From Candidatus Heimdallarchaeota archaeon (GTDB taxonomy: Archaea; Asgardarchaeota; Heimdallarchaeia; JABLTI01): a DNA stretch of 64,000 nucleotides. The notes under the pieces were generated by a model. It searched no databases. It was not told the origin of the DNA and saw nothing but the letters and a program-made list of their open reading frames with translations. The position numbers were made by a program, and so were the translations under genes. Every line of letters begins with the position of its first letter. Position 1 is the stretch's first letter. The stretch covers positions 96,001 through 160,000 of the forward strand of contig JABCTZ010000007.1 in the NCBI GenBank assembly GCA_018238155.1, in the 5' to 3' direction. Positions 51,319 through 61,086 of this stretch are shown here, one piece after another.

Positions 51319-53259
51319 CTAAGATTGAAATTCTTGAGCTTTCATTTGTGAAAAGACTTTTTGATTTGTTAAATCAAAGAAGAGTTTGAATAATTTTGGA
51401 TTGGTAGTAACAAAAGCAATATTTTTCTCAGGGTGTATTTTTGGTGCATAAAGAATTTCTTCATTATCTTTAATTGCAATCCAATAGTCCATTCCTTTGT
51501 AATTCATTGTGTTAACATTTCCTCTTTTAACTAAAGAAGTCAGTAAGCTTACATCTTCTTCTTTAATTTTAGAAACAAGCTGATAGTTTGTTATCTGTGG
51601 TTGTTTCTCAATTTCATAGAGGAAATCCGTGAGTATTTCAGGTGTGATAATAGTAATTTCTTCTTTTGCGCGTAATAACATATCTTTCATAGCTCGAACT
51701 ATACACTCATTCCCGTAAATTAGACTAATTTCGAGATCTGCAAGAGGCATAACTTTCTCAGACATATTGACAATACCATCAAAGGTCTTTCCAGAATCAT
51801 CAAGGAGAAAAATAGTATTTCCAAGAGTATTATCTAATTTTGTTCCTGCTTCTTCCATGATTGTTGTCGTTGTATTAATTTTCTCTGAGTTTTCGTTGAT
51901 AACATTCTTAATTAAATTTTGAATGATGTCTTCTGTGTCTATTCTTGAAAGTGATATTATATCTTTGATCTCCAGCTTGCTTAGGTCAGTTTTTTCTTCA
52001 ATTTTTGCAAGTCTATCTGTAATCGAAGCACGAGCAATTTCATCTTGTTTATGTGCTTGTTTGGTTATATTTTCCTTAAATTGAGAAATGTCTTGAGTAA
52101 TGTCACCTTTCATTTTCTCAAGTTCTTTGAAGGGCTCAGTAATTTTTTGGTCAATAAATTTAGCTGACTCGTCTCTACTCTCTTCAAGATGAACAGTAAC
52201 TACTTCCAAAACATCAGGAACAGTAGATTCAACAGTAGTATTTACATATCGAATAAATTTGGTTACTTCTTCTGAATGCTCTTCTAGGAGAGTTCCTAAA
52301 GTAGTTTTAACTTCACTTTGTAGAAAATCAAATTGCCTAAATAATGGACCAAGTGAGTTGTTTATCATTTGAGAAGTATGGCTGCCAATATCGCCTTCCA
52401 TATCACGTGCGAGAATAACTACATTCTTGATTAGTTCACTGATAATTTGAGCAGCGTTTTCCCTAGCAGTGATGTCTTTCTCATCAAGATTAGCACTATA
52501 GCTAGATGTTGTTGTGAAATTTTGTTTAACTATATTATCACGAAGTTCAGTCAGAGAATCTTCAATATCCCTTTTTAATTTCTCAAGCCTTTCTGCAACA
52601 AGGATTTTATGGTGAATAGTTGATTTCTCTAATTTATCTCGAATCTCTCTGGAATCAATAACAAGCGAGTCTGCGTATTTGGAAATTGCACCAACAAAAT
52701 CATCCTTACTTGTTTCTAAATCTTTATCAAAAGCAGGTATTGTTTTTGCTATGCTATCTGAGGGCCATGCACTAAGGGTTACTCCCAAATGGTTCAATTG
52801 TTGAAAATTGTTATCAACCATTTGATTCAAACTGTGTTCCAAGCGGTCAAATTTCTTTGCTAACTCATCAGTCCGAGTATTTTTTTCCAGTTCACAAAAA
52901 TCGGCTAATTGAGGGACAACAGTTTTGATTTTAGTATTGAACTCATTTACTTGAACATGAAAATTATCCTTAATACTTATCAGTCCTAGTTTAACTTCAG
53001 AACTTAGCTGTGCATAATCTTTCAAGAAGGGTTCCATAGCAATGTAACGGGGGACTCTACCTGGAAGTTTTTTGATATAACTGATCTCCTCTAATTGCTT
53101 AATTTGAATATAAATTTCGGGAAGTTCCATTTTAATAGCTAAGTTGATTTCTCCAATAGTAGCATTACCAAGACCCAATACAGTAGAATAAACTAGAATC
53201 TCAGATTCGCTTAAACCACGAGCACGTAAGTAATCAGAACTAACTTCTTTCAGTGACAC
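51319..53259 (-). CDS. Second TrmB-like wHTH + long helical region + TrmB effector (PLD-like) domain; paralog of 19823..22192
   Basis: GLSESEILVYSTVLGLG.AT.GEI...PGRVPRYIAMEP; about 430 aa helical middle; IYG..I...KDML.RAKEEITIITP...IAIKDNEEILYA. Confidence 0.8.
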   Translation of the reverse strand: MSLKEVSSDYLRARGLSESEILVYSTVLGLGNATIGEINLAIKMELPEIYIQIKQLEEISYIKKLPGRVPRYIAMEPFLKDYAQLSSEVKLGLISIKDNFHVQVNEFNTKIKTVVPQLADFCELEKNTRTDELAKKFDRLEHSLNQMVDNNFQQLNHLGVTLSAWPSDSIAKTIPAFDKDLETSKDDFVGAISKYADSLVIDSREIRDKLEKSTIHHKILVAERLEKLKRDIEDSLTELRDNIVKQNFTTTSSYSANLDEKDITARENAAQIISELIKNVVILARDMEGDIGSHTSQMINNSLGPLFRQFDFLQSEVKTTLGTLLEEHSEEVTKFIRYVNTTVESTVPDVLEVVTVHLEESRDESAKFIDQKITEPFKELEKMKGDITQDISQFKENITKQAHKQDEIARASITDRLAKIEEKTDLSKLEIKDIISLSRIDTEDIIQNLIKNVINENSEKINTTTTIMEEAGTKLDNTLGNTIFLLDDSGKTFDGIVNMSEKVMPLADLEISLIYGNECIVRAMKDMLLRAKEEITIITPEILTDFLYEIEKQPQITNYQLVSKIKEEDVSLLTSLVKRGNVNTMNYKGMDYWIAIKDNEEILYAPKIHPEKNIAFVTTNPKLFKLFFDLTNQKVFSQMKAQEFQS

Positions 53260-53341
53260 TTTTTTTTCCTCAATAGGATTTAGGATAAGTATATCAAAAT
53301 CATTTCGGTAGGGGACAAGCGAAAATGAAGAACATTAAGAT

Positions 53342-53375
53342 AAAAAAAAGAGAGGTCAGAGAAAATCCGACCTCT
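53342..53375 (-). terminator. Intrinsic-type terminator of the S-layer-like gene
   Basis: Minus strand AGAGGTCGGA-TTTTC-TCTGACCTCT followed by CTTTTTTTT. Confidence 0.7.
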
Positions 53376-53405
53376 ACATCATTTGAGGGGAGATACTTAA
53401 GTAAT

Positions 53406-56400
53406 CTAATGTTTTTTTCCGTTTGCACGGAAATAGATAAGCACTGCTACACCTGTGATAGCGATAAGCCCTACACCTATATAGATGAAGTTGAGCCAAC
53501 CTAAATTATTATCTCCAAATGATTGTATCGAAAATGACAAACTATTGGAATAGGAACCCCAACTATTTGTAGATGAACTACTAAAGTCATTCATGGAAAG
53601 ATCTCTGATGATGTCACTAGATTCGCTCGTAGTATAGAGAACGCCAAGCATTGATTCTCCTGTTTCATTTGTTGGTGCAGTAGAATCGTCATTTATTCCA
53701 TTTCTAGATGTCATATTGTATTTACTATTGTAACGAATCTCTGCAGATGGGATGTAAATTTCTCCAGAATCTTTGACTAAGAGATTTACTTCAATTACCA
53801 TTGTTTCATTTACACCAAGTGTAATGCCAACCGCTTCGTTAGAATTATAAAATCTTGCAATTCTACCAACAGTCATACCAATTTGAGGATTAATCCAATC
53901 CTTGACGTAAGAGGAGACTTCAACACCTTCAACAGCAACACTATCTGTATCTGCAACGAATCCTAAGTTTCCAGGAATTCTCTGAATATAGATGATATTA
54001 GTTGGTTCATTACCAATATTGGTAATTGTTGTTCTAAGAGTTATTTCATCTCCAACTTTTGTGTTATTTGTTAGACCAATAAGTTCAGTAGTAACTTCAA
54101 CTTCTGGAGTCGGATATAATGGATCAGTTGAGCCATCTTTTCCAGGTGGTGGTAAAACAAATCCAAAATCCATGGAACTAATAACATATTTATGTCTCGT
54201 AGTGTTGAATATTGGGTGAGAATAAATTAGTGTTTCAATTTCTGCAATTGATTCATTTGACATTCCACGAGTAAGGAACTCTGGTAAAGGTTGATAAACA
54301 TCTCTTGGGTCTGTACCTGTTTCATTACTTGTATAGCCAAATACTGCAAACACTGGTTGTAATCCAAAATAACCTTGAGCTGTAAAGGTGAATTCAATTG
54401 AGACAGTTTCACCGGCTTTAACTAATGGAAAAGTTCCATATGAGTCTTGAACTAGATGAATCTCCTCTAATTCTAAGTCACTAGTAATAAGTGCTTGATA
54501 GAATCGATAATCTATATCAATTGCATCTGCATTGCCAATATTTTCTAGCTCTAAAGTGAAAGTTAGGTTATCACCAAATTGATAAACGTCTTTGTCTAAA
54601 CTGACTTTACCAACTAATACAGCTTCATCATCATAGAGTTGTATTACTAAACCATTTGTTAATCCCATGAATTCTGTACCATCTTCTTCATAATAGACGA
54701 AAGGTGATCCTACAACATCCTGAGGGAACAAATTGGTCCAAGTAACTTGGTCTTCAGGAATATGCAATGTTGAACCTCCCATTCTAAGCATTAGTGTGAA
54801 ATATTCCTCCCAATCTACTTGCTCTTGTATGAAAATAGTAGCATTAGTTGTTATTCCATCGTCATAATTGTAATAATTGAAAGTACCTGTTGGTATATCT
54901 CTTACAGCAAAGCTCTTGGTTACATTCTCTCCAGGCGCTAATTCGTCTATAATTGTTGTCAATGTGAAATGGTCTGGAACACCCGTGATATTTGTTACAT
55001 CAAAATCACCATTATCAAGCTGTAAGAACGTTTGATCTACATGAGCTAAATCAATTAAATCATCTATACCTTCATCAGGATGATATTCACCTGCTCCTAA
55101 CCAAGTGCCAGAAGTGCCATTAAAGAACCAGCCTTCAATTGTATAGATATCTGAACCTGTAATCATTGTATCAGAAATATATCCATCTGTTAAATTATAA
55201 TAAATGATTTTGTTTTCATCAAAGTTTAATTCTTGGTTTTCTACGGGAGCTGAATATCCTGTCAATTCCTCATATGCAAAATCTCCATAAGATAGAGTTA
55301 TATTATATGCTGTTTCAACAGCATCAACATTTTCCCAAGTGAAAACATACTCGATATCTTGAGAACCATTAATTGGTAAACTTGAGTTTAATGACAATTC
55401 GCCAATAACTTGTGGGTATGAACGCTTGTCGGATAAATTAAGATCATAAGATACAAAAATATCCTCATAATTAAAATCTATACCGAAATCAATGAATTTT
55501 ACAAGCCAGAAATATATCCCTCGGTTCTCGTTATATGGCTGATTTGTAATTGGATTAACATCTAACATATCAACAATATAGGGCAAGTTCAATCTGACTA
55601 AACTAGCCCAAGCATTAGATGCTCCAGTAATACTGGTTAAATCTGGCATGGTGTTAAGCAAGCTGAAATCCATAATCGTGCCATCTTTCTCTAATCCATC
55701 GGGATTGACCCAAGCACATTGAAGAACTGGAACTAAACCCAAATCAATGTGCATAGCATCCAAAAACTTGGCCTTTATTAATGTGATAGCCATGGCTTTA
55801 ACAGGAGCCTCATTTAAAACACTTGTAGTAATTCCTTCGCCAAATCCCTCATCTGATATATAACTTGCATAGACATCAGTAAATGAATCAAGATAACTTT
55901 CTGATATTATACTCTGATAAACAAGAGTAGATACTCCATCATATCCATTCCATTTACCATATATTAGTGTAAATGAGAGATTATAGCTTGTTTCTATCAT
56001 TGAAGCAATAGCATTCCCTTGAGTGAGGCATTCGCTTGTGGTCAAACCTTGGAAGGTTAATGATAATGTTGCTCCATCTCCAATATCCCAGAATCTTCTC
56101 TGAGAATATTCTCTCCAAGATATTTGATTTGCAACAATAAAATTCAAAGCTTCTAAATTGTCATATGATGTAACATCAAAAGGCAACTCTACAGTTCCTC
56201 CAAAAAATCCTACATGAGCACCAATAGCTGTATCCTTTAGTGGATGTATATCAATCTGTTCAAAATATCTGCTTCCTGTATATTCCGCTTCAGCTAATTG
56301 TACATTACTTTCATTTAATGAATTACCTTTAAGCTGTGCTGTCGAAATAGACATGGCAATAAATAGAAGTGTGATTACTATTACCATTGATCCTTTGATT

Positions 56401-56417
56401 ATTCTATTTTTTGTCAT
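53406..56417 (-). CDS. Large acidic cell-surface/S-layer-like glycoprotein with Ig-like domains and C-terminal TM anchor
   Basis: Signal peptide; repeated GD.LT.TL.LENIG / GDEIT.RTTITNIG Ig-like (DUF11/CARDB-type) motifs; many N-x-S/T sequons; TM plus basic tail; own terminator. Confidence 0.8.
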   Translation of the reverse strand: MTKNRIIKGSMVIVITLLFIAMSISTAQLKGNSLNESNVQLAEAEYTGSRYFEQIDIHPLKDTAIGAHVGFFGGTVELPFDVTSYDNLEALNFIVANQISWREYSQRRFWDIGDGATLSLTFQGLTTSECLTQGNAIASMIETSYNLSFTLIYGKWNGYDGVSTLVYQSIISESYLDSFTDVYASYISDEGFGEGITTSVLNEAPVKAMAITLIKAKFLDAMHIDLGLVPVLQCAWVNPDGLEKDGTIMDFSLLNTMPDLTSITGASNAWASLVRLNLPYIVDMLDVNPITNQPYNENRGIYFWLVKFIDFGIDFNYEDIFVSYDLNLSDKRSYPQVIGELSLNSSLPINGSQDIEYVFTWENVDAVETAYNITLSYGDFAYEELTGYSAPVENQELNFDENKIIYYNLTDGYISDTMITGSDIYTIEGWFFNGTSGTWLGAGEYHPDEGIDDLIDLAHVDQTFLQLDNGDFDVTNITGVPDHFTLTTIIDELAPGENVTKSFAVRDIPTGTFNYYNYDDGITTNATIFIQEQVDWEEYFTLMLRMGGSTLHIPEDQVTWTNLFPQDVVGSPFVYYEEDGTEFMGLTNGLVIQLYDDEAVLVGKVSLDKDVYQFGDNLTFTLELENIGNADAIDIDYRFYQALITSDLELEEIHLVQDSYGTFPLVKAGETVSIEFTFTAQGYFGLQPVFAVFGYTSNETGTDPRDVYQPLPEFLTRGMSNESIAEIETLIYSHPIFNTTRHKYVISSMDFGFVLPPPGKDGSTDPLYPTPEVEVTTELIGLTNNTKVGDEITLRTTITNIGNEPTNIIYIQRIPGNLGFVADTDSVAVEGVEVSSYVKDWINPQIGMTVGRIARFYNSNEAVGITLGVNETMVIEVNLLVKDSGEIYIPSAEIRYNSKYNMTSRNGINDDSTAPTNETGESMLGVLYTTSESSDIIRDLSMNDFSSSSTNSWGSYSNSLSFSIQSFGDNNLGWLNFIYIGVGLIAITGVAVLIYFRANGKKH

Positions 56418-56527
56418 TTTTAGTTTTCATCTCTCTTAAATTATTGCCTTCATCATGTTGTTCCTGAGAATCTCATGATTAAGGGCATTTTATTAGATGA
56501 ACATCTTACTATATAAGCATTCATTTA

Positions 56528-56565
56528 AAGAAAAGTTGAATTTGGAGTTCAAGAAAAGTTGAACT
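56528..56565. promoter_or_regulatory. Direct plus inverted repeats in the divergent S-layer/tldD promoter
   Basis: AAGAAAAGTTGAA at 56528-56540 and 56551-56563; palindrome AGTTCAA-N6-TTGAACT at 56546-56565; minus-strand TTATATA just downstream. Confidence 0.5.
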
Positions 56566-56661
56566 ACGGAAAACGTGTTTTTTATAACAAAAACAAAATC
56601 TTAGATAGTATTAAAATTGTTATCAAATAAAAATGCTTTAGTTTGGTGTCTGTGATTAAAA

Positions 56662-58053
56662 ATGATGGATAAAACCCAGAAGATATTGGAAAAATTTAGT
56701 TTTAAGAAGGGGGATTTCGCAGATATTAGAATTGAGAAAGGGAAAGGAATTTCAATTGCTATACAAAACGGAAGACCAGAGCAAATTAGTTATGATCATG
56801 ATATTGGCGTGGGTGTTCGAGCATTAATTGATGGAGGGTGGGGTTTTGTTTCAATGGTTGGAACTAAGTCAGATGAAATTGAAGCAGCATTATATAAAGC
56901 AATTAAAATCGCTAAAGCAGTTGCAACAAAAACTAAAGAAAAAGGCATGATTACTGAGGATTATGTTGTAGAGGGCTCATATAAAGTAAAATACAAAAAT
57001 GATCCTAGAGATATTCCATTGGAACAAAAGTATGAAATCATAGAGGAATTTGAAAAAACAACAAGAACCTTCTCAGATAAAATTGTCTCTACTAATGCTT
57101 CAATAAAGAATTGGTTTCAGAAGGAAATCATTGTTAATTCTCTAGGCACAAAAGTTTACACAGAATATGGAAACTTGAACATATTATGTATGGCTACAGC
57201 ACGCCAAGGGGATACAATGCAAAATGTTTACCTCTCAAAAGGAACCACTTTTGGTTGGGATGAAATTGAGAAATTTAACACTACACAAAAAGGTGTTGAA
57301 TTAGCTGAACGCGCTGTCATGCTGCTTAATGCACAAAAACCACCAAGTGGAAAAATGGATATTGTAATGGATCCTTCTCTTGTAGGAGTATATGTTCACG
57401 AATCATTTGGGCATGCTGAAGAAGCAGATAGTATACTCGCTGATGATTCTATTCTCAAAGGAAAAATGGGTGAACAATTAGGTTCAGAGAAAATAGATAT
57501 CTATGATGATCCTACTATTCCTGGTTTACGTGGTAGTTACTGTTATGATTCTGAGGGAACAAAGACAAGTAAAAGGCAACTAGTAAAAGAGGGAATACAA
57601 ATCGGTTATCTTCATTCATTAGAAACTGCAGCAAAAATGGGTACTAAACCAAATGGTGCTGCAAGAGCAATGAACTTTAATCATCGTCCTGTTGTAAGAA
57701 TGGGAAACACCTACATCGATGCAGGTGACCATACATTAGAAGAATTACTTGAAACAATCAAAAATGGCGTTTATCTTGAGAATTCATATGGTGGATATGT
57801 TGATACCGCAAAAGGAGAATTCTATTTCTCTGCTCAAGGAGGTCATCTCATTGAGAATGGTGAGCTTGGTGCAGCGATACAAAATGTAAGTATGAGCGGT
57901 CTTTGTCTAGAGGTATTAGAACGCACCATTGCTCTTGGAAAGAATCTCGAATTTGCTTTTCCAGGTAGTTGTGGAAAGGCTTCTCAATGGGTTCCTGTTC
58001 ATGCTGGAGGTCCACCTTTAGCTGTTAAACAAATTGTTGTTGGAGGTCTCTAG
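56662..58053 (+). CDS. tldD: TldD metalloprotease
   Basis: FADIR, GVGVRA...G.WGF, VHESFGH, D.EG, RMGNTY, C-terminal GSCGK..QWVPV..GGP. Confidence 0.93.
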   Translation: MMDKTQKILEKFSFKKGDFADIRIEKGKGISIAIQNGRPEQISYDHDIGVGVRALIDGGWGFVSMVGTKSDEIEAALYKAIKIAKAVATKTKEKGMITEDYVVEGSYKVKYKNDPRDIPLEQKYEIIEEFEKTTRTFSDKIVSTNASIKNWFQKEIIVNSLGTKVYTEYGNLNILCMATARQGDTMQNVYLSKGTTFGWDEIEKFNTTQKGVELAERAVMLLNAQKPPSGKMDIVMDPSLVGVYVHESFGHAEEADSILADDSILKGKMGEQLGSEKIDIYDDPTIPGLRGSYCYDSEGTKTSKRQLVKEGIQIGYLHSLETAAKMGTKPNGAARAMNFNHRPVVRMGNTYIDAGDHTLEELLETIKNGVYLENSYGGYVDTAKGEFYFSAQGGHLIENGELGAAIQNVSMSGLCLEVLERTIALGKNLEFAFPGSCGKASQWVPVHAGGPPLAVKQIVVGGL

Positions 58054-58056
58054 TAA

Positions 58057-59388
58057 ATGAATGATTTATTTGAAAAAGGTATAAAATATGGCATTAAGAA
58101 GGGTGCAGATCAAGTTGAGATTTTTGTTCTTGAAGGAGCTTCAGATATCGTTCAATTAGAGAAGAATGCAATCTTTGCCTCTGAAAGTAAAACTATTACC
58201 GGATTTGGCGTTAGAGCTTACACAAAAAAGGGTTTGGGCATTGCTACCACATCATTGCTTGATAAAGATTCAATAAAAGATTCTGTGAGTAAGGCAGTGA
58301 AATTAAGCAAGCTATCACCACCAGATGATTTATTCTCATCATTACCAGGTCCCTTTACAAAATATCCAAATGTGAGAGGGTTAGAGGATAAGGCTATCAG
58401 TGAATTGCCCACAGAAAATTTAACAGAAATGGCTATTGAAGCAATAGATTCTGCAATAGAAAAAGATGATGTAATTGTTAGTGGGAATTTCAAGCGAGTT
58501 GGTGTAACTGAATCTATTTTCAATAGTTTAGGTATTGAGATTTCTCAAACACTGAGTTCCTTAACAGGAGTTATTTTTGCTAAAGCTGAAAGAAATGGTG
58601 ATATTGCGACATCTTGGGATTTTCAAAAAGTTCGAGTAAAAACTGATTTCAAACCAAAACAAATTGGAAAGATAGCTGCAAAAAATGCCATTTCTTTACT
58701 AGGCTCAAAGAAAATCACGAGCGATGAATTACCGGTAATTCTTGATCATAGAAGCACTTTGGATACCTTTTCTTCAATTGTTGCTGCGGGTTTAGATGCT
58801 TATGAAGTAATTCTTGGTACTGCTTACTTTAAAGATCGTTTAGGAGAAAAAATCACTTCAGAAGAAATAACGATTAAGGATAATCCGCTTTATGAAGGCG
58901 GAGTTGGTTCTGCAATTTTTGATGATGAGGGGGTACCTCATCAGGAATTAACCCTAATTGATAAAGGAGTTGCCAAAGCTTATTTCTCAAATTCCTATTG
59001 CGCAAATGTATTAGGGGTTGATAATACAGCAAACGCACAAAAAAGTAGCCTTGGTAGTAAACCACATCCGGATTTGACCCAAGTGCAAATTGAAGCAGGT
59101 AATTGGTCTCTTGAGGAAATGATTGCTGAAACTAAAAAAGGTATATATCTCAAAGATAGTGCGCTAGGACCATCAGCAGGTTCACCGAATATTTCTGTTT
59201 TAATTGATCAAGGATTTTTAATCGAAAATGGTGAAATCTCTTATCCTCTGAAAGAGACTATGGTTGGTACAACAATTTTTGAATTGTTCAAAAGTGTAGT
59301 GGGAGTATCAAAGAGTTTGATAAATGAATCTGGTTCAATTTCACCCGCAGTAAAAATTAGCAAAGCCTCTATTGCAGGGGGAAAATAA
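58057..59388 (+). CDS. pmbA: TldE/PmbA
   Basis: GADQVE, GVR, FDDEGVP, LIDKG, GFLIENGEI.YP, SPAV; no HExxxH; paired with tldD. Confidence 0.9.
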   Translation: MNDLFEKGIKYGIKKGADQVEIFVLEGASDIVQLEKNAIFASESKTITGFGVRAYTKKGLGIATTSLLDKDSIKDSVSKAVKLSKLSPPDDLFSSLPGPFTKYPNVRGLEDKAISELPTENLTEMAIEAIDSAIEKDDVIVSGNFKRVGVTESIFNSLGIEISQTLSSLTGVIFAKAERNGDIATSWDFQKVRVKTDFKPKQIGKIAAKNAISLLGSKKITSDELPVILDHRSTLDTFSSIVAAGLDAYEVILGTAYFKDRLGEKITSEEITIKDNPLYEGGVGSAIFDDEGVPHQELTLIDKGVAKAYFSNSYCANVLGVDNTANAQKSSLGSKPHPDLTQVQIEAGNWSLEEMIAETKKGIYLKDSALGPSAGSPNISVLIDQGFLIENGEISYPLKETMVGTTIFELFKSVVGVSKSLINESGSISPAVKISKASIAGGK

Positions 59389-59475
59389 TTTTTCTTTAGG
59401 AAAGTTTTTGTTATCAATAGATTATTTTTTCATAGTAATAGATAAAGATCAATAAAATTGACGAAGGTAAGACAT

Positions 59476-60165
59476 ATGGGCGATGATAGTGCTTTTAGAA
59501 TTCTGGGTCCAATAATGACTGGACCATCTAGTTCACATACCGCTGGTGCGGTAAGAATAGGTAGAACAGCGAGGTTGCTCTATGGTAAAGATCCAAAAGA
59601 AGTAACCGTTTATTTTCATGGTTCTTTTGCCGAAACTTGGAAAGGGCATGGTAGCGATAAAGCAGTAATTGGTGGATTGTTAGGTTTCAAAACATTTGAT
59701 GAACGAATTAAAATTGCTGATGAACTTGCAAAGAAAGCAAAAGTAGACATTAAATTCAAACGAATAAGACTAGGAGCAAATTACCATCCCAATAGTATTA
59801 AAATTGTTATTGAAGACCCAGAGCAACCAACTGAGATAATCGCTGAGTCTGTTGGTGGTGGAGATATTGTAATTAGAGAAATACTAGGTTTTCAAACTGA
59901 AATTACTGGAAATGAAGTTACATTAATTTTACGGCATAAAGATTTTGTTGGAACATTATCAAGAATAACTGGAATAATCTCTGAATTCAATCTTAATATC
60001 GTATCACTTAGCAGTAGAGATATTCCACGAGAAGATATAGCAATGACCACTATTGAAATTGAAGAAAAAGCACCTGCTGAATTGAAAGCAAAATTAGCTA
60101 AAATAAAAGGTATGGATTTAGTGCGCATACTACCAAGATTAACTGAAGGAGAAGAAATGTTTTGA
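59476..60165 (+). CDS. sdaAB: Fe-S L-serine dehydratase beta subunit with ACT domain
   Basis: GPIMTGPSSSHTAGA.RIG, GSFAET.KGHG.D.A, HPN, S.GGG, C-terminal ACT. Confidence 0.95.
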   Translation: MGDDSAFRILGPIMTGPSSSHTAGAVRIGRTARLLYGKDPKEVTVYFHGSFAETWKGHGSDKAVIGGLLGFKTFDERIKIADELAKKAKVDIKFKRIRLGANYHPNSIKIVIEDPEQPTEIIAESVGGGDIVIREILGFQTEITGNEVTLILRHKDFVGTLSRITGIISEFNLNIVSLSSRDIPREDIAMTTIEIEEKAPAELKAKLAKIKGMDLVRILPRLTEGEEMF

Positions 60166-61067
60166 CAATTACAAGCGTTGAGCCATTTATTTTACGGGCA
60201 GAAAATGAAGGTAAATCATTAGGCGAAATAATGATTGAACATGAAATGGAGATACAAGAAGTAAGTCGAGAGGAAGTAATGTCTGCAATGGGCAAAATTT
60301 GGAAGGTTATGGTAAGTTCAATTACTAATGGTGTCAAAATTGAACAAAGATCTCCAAGTGGTATGAGCGGTGGTGATGCCACTAAATTACTAAAAAACCG
60401 AAAAAGTAAATCTATAACGGGTTCAACAATTGTCAAGGTAGTTGCTCGAGCAATTGGTGTTGGTGAATTTAATTCTTCAATGGGTACTATAGTTGCTTCT
60501 CCAACTGCTGGATCCTCTGGTGTTGTTCCTGCAGTTGTTTATACTGTCGCTGAGAAGCTTAAATCATCTGAAGAAACAATTATCAAAGGACTATTTGCTT
60601 CATCATTGATTGGACTTGTTTGTGATGCAGTTGCTTCAACAAGTGGTTCAGAGCACGGTTGTCAAGCTGAAATTGGTGTATCTGCTGCAATGGCTGCTGC
60701 TGCTGCAGTTGAAATAGCTGGTGGCACTAGTAAACAAGCTGTGAATGCTGCTGCAATAATGCTAAAAAATTCTTTGGGATTAGCTTGTGATCCAATTGCT
60801 GGTTTAGTGGAAGTACCTTGTATTAAGAGAAATGGTGTTATGGCTGCCAGTGCTCTTGTATCTGCAGATATGTCATTAGCAGGTATCGAAAGTGTTGTTC
60901 CATTTGATGATGTCGTAATAGCTATGGATGAAATAGGTCGAATGATGCCTTGTGAGATCAAAGAAACATCAGAAGGTGGCTTAGCTAATACTAAAACTGG
61001 TCGAGGTTACAAGAATTGGTTGAGAAGTAGTGGAGCTAACCAATTACAAGATGCTAGCGATGAATAG
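60162..61067 (+). CDS. sdaAA: Fe-S L-serine dehydratase alpha subunit
   Basis: PTAGSSG, GCQAEIG, LGLACDPIAGLVEVPCIKRN, KETSEGGLA. Confidence 0.95.
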   Translation: MTITSVEPFILRAENEGKSLGEIMIEHEMEIQEVSREEVMSAMGKIWKVMVSSITNGVKIEQRSPSGMSGGDATKLLKNRKSKSITGSTIVKVVARAIGVGEFNSSMGTIVASPTAGSSGVVPAVVYTVAEKLKSSEETIIKGLFASSLIGLVCDAVASTSGSEHGCQAEIGVSAAMAAAAAVEIAGGTSKQAVNAAAIMLKNSLGLACDPIAGLVEVPCIKRNGVMAASALVSADMSLAGIESVVPFDDVVIAMDEIGRMMPCEIKETSEGGLANTKTGRGYKNWLRSSGANQLQDASDE

Positions 61068-61086
61068 TCTAGCTCTTTCATTTCTT

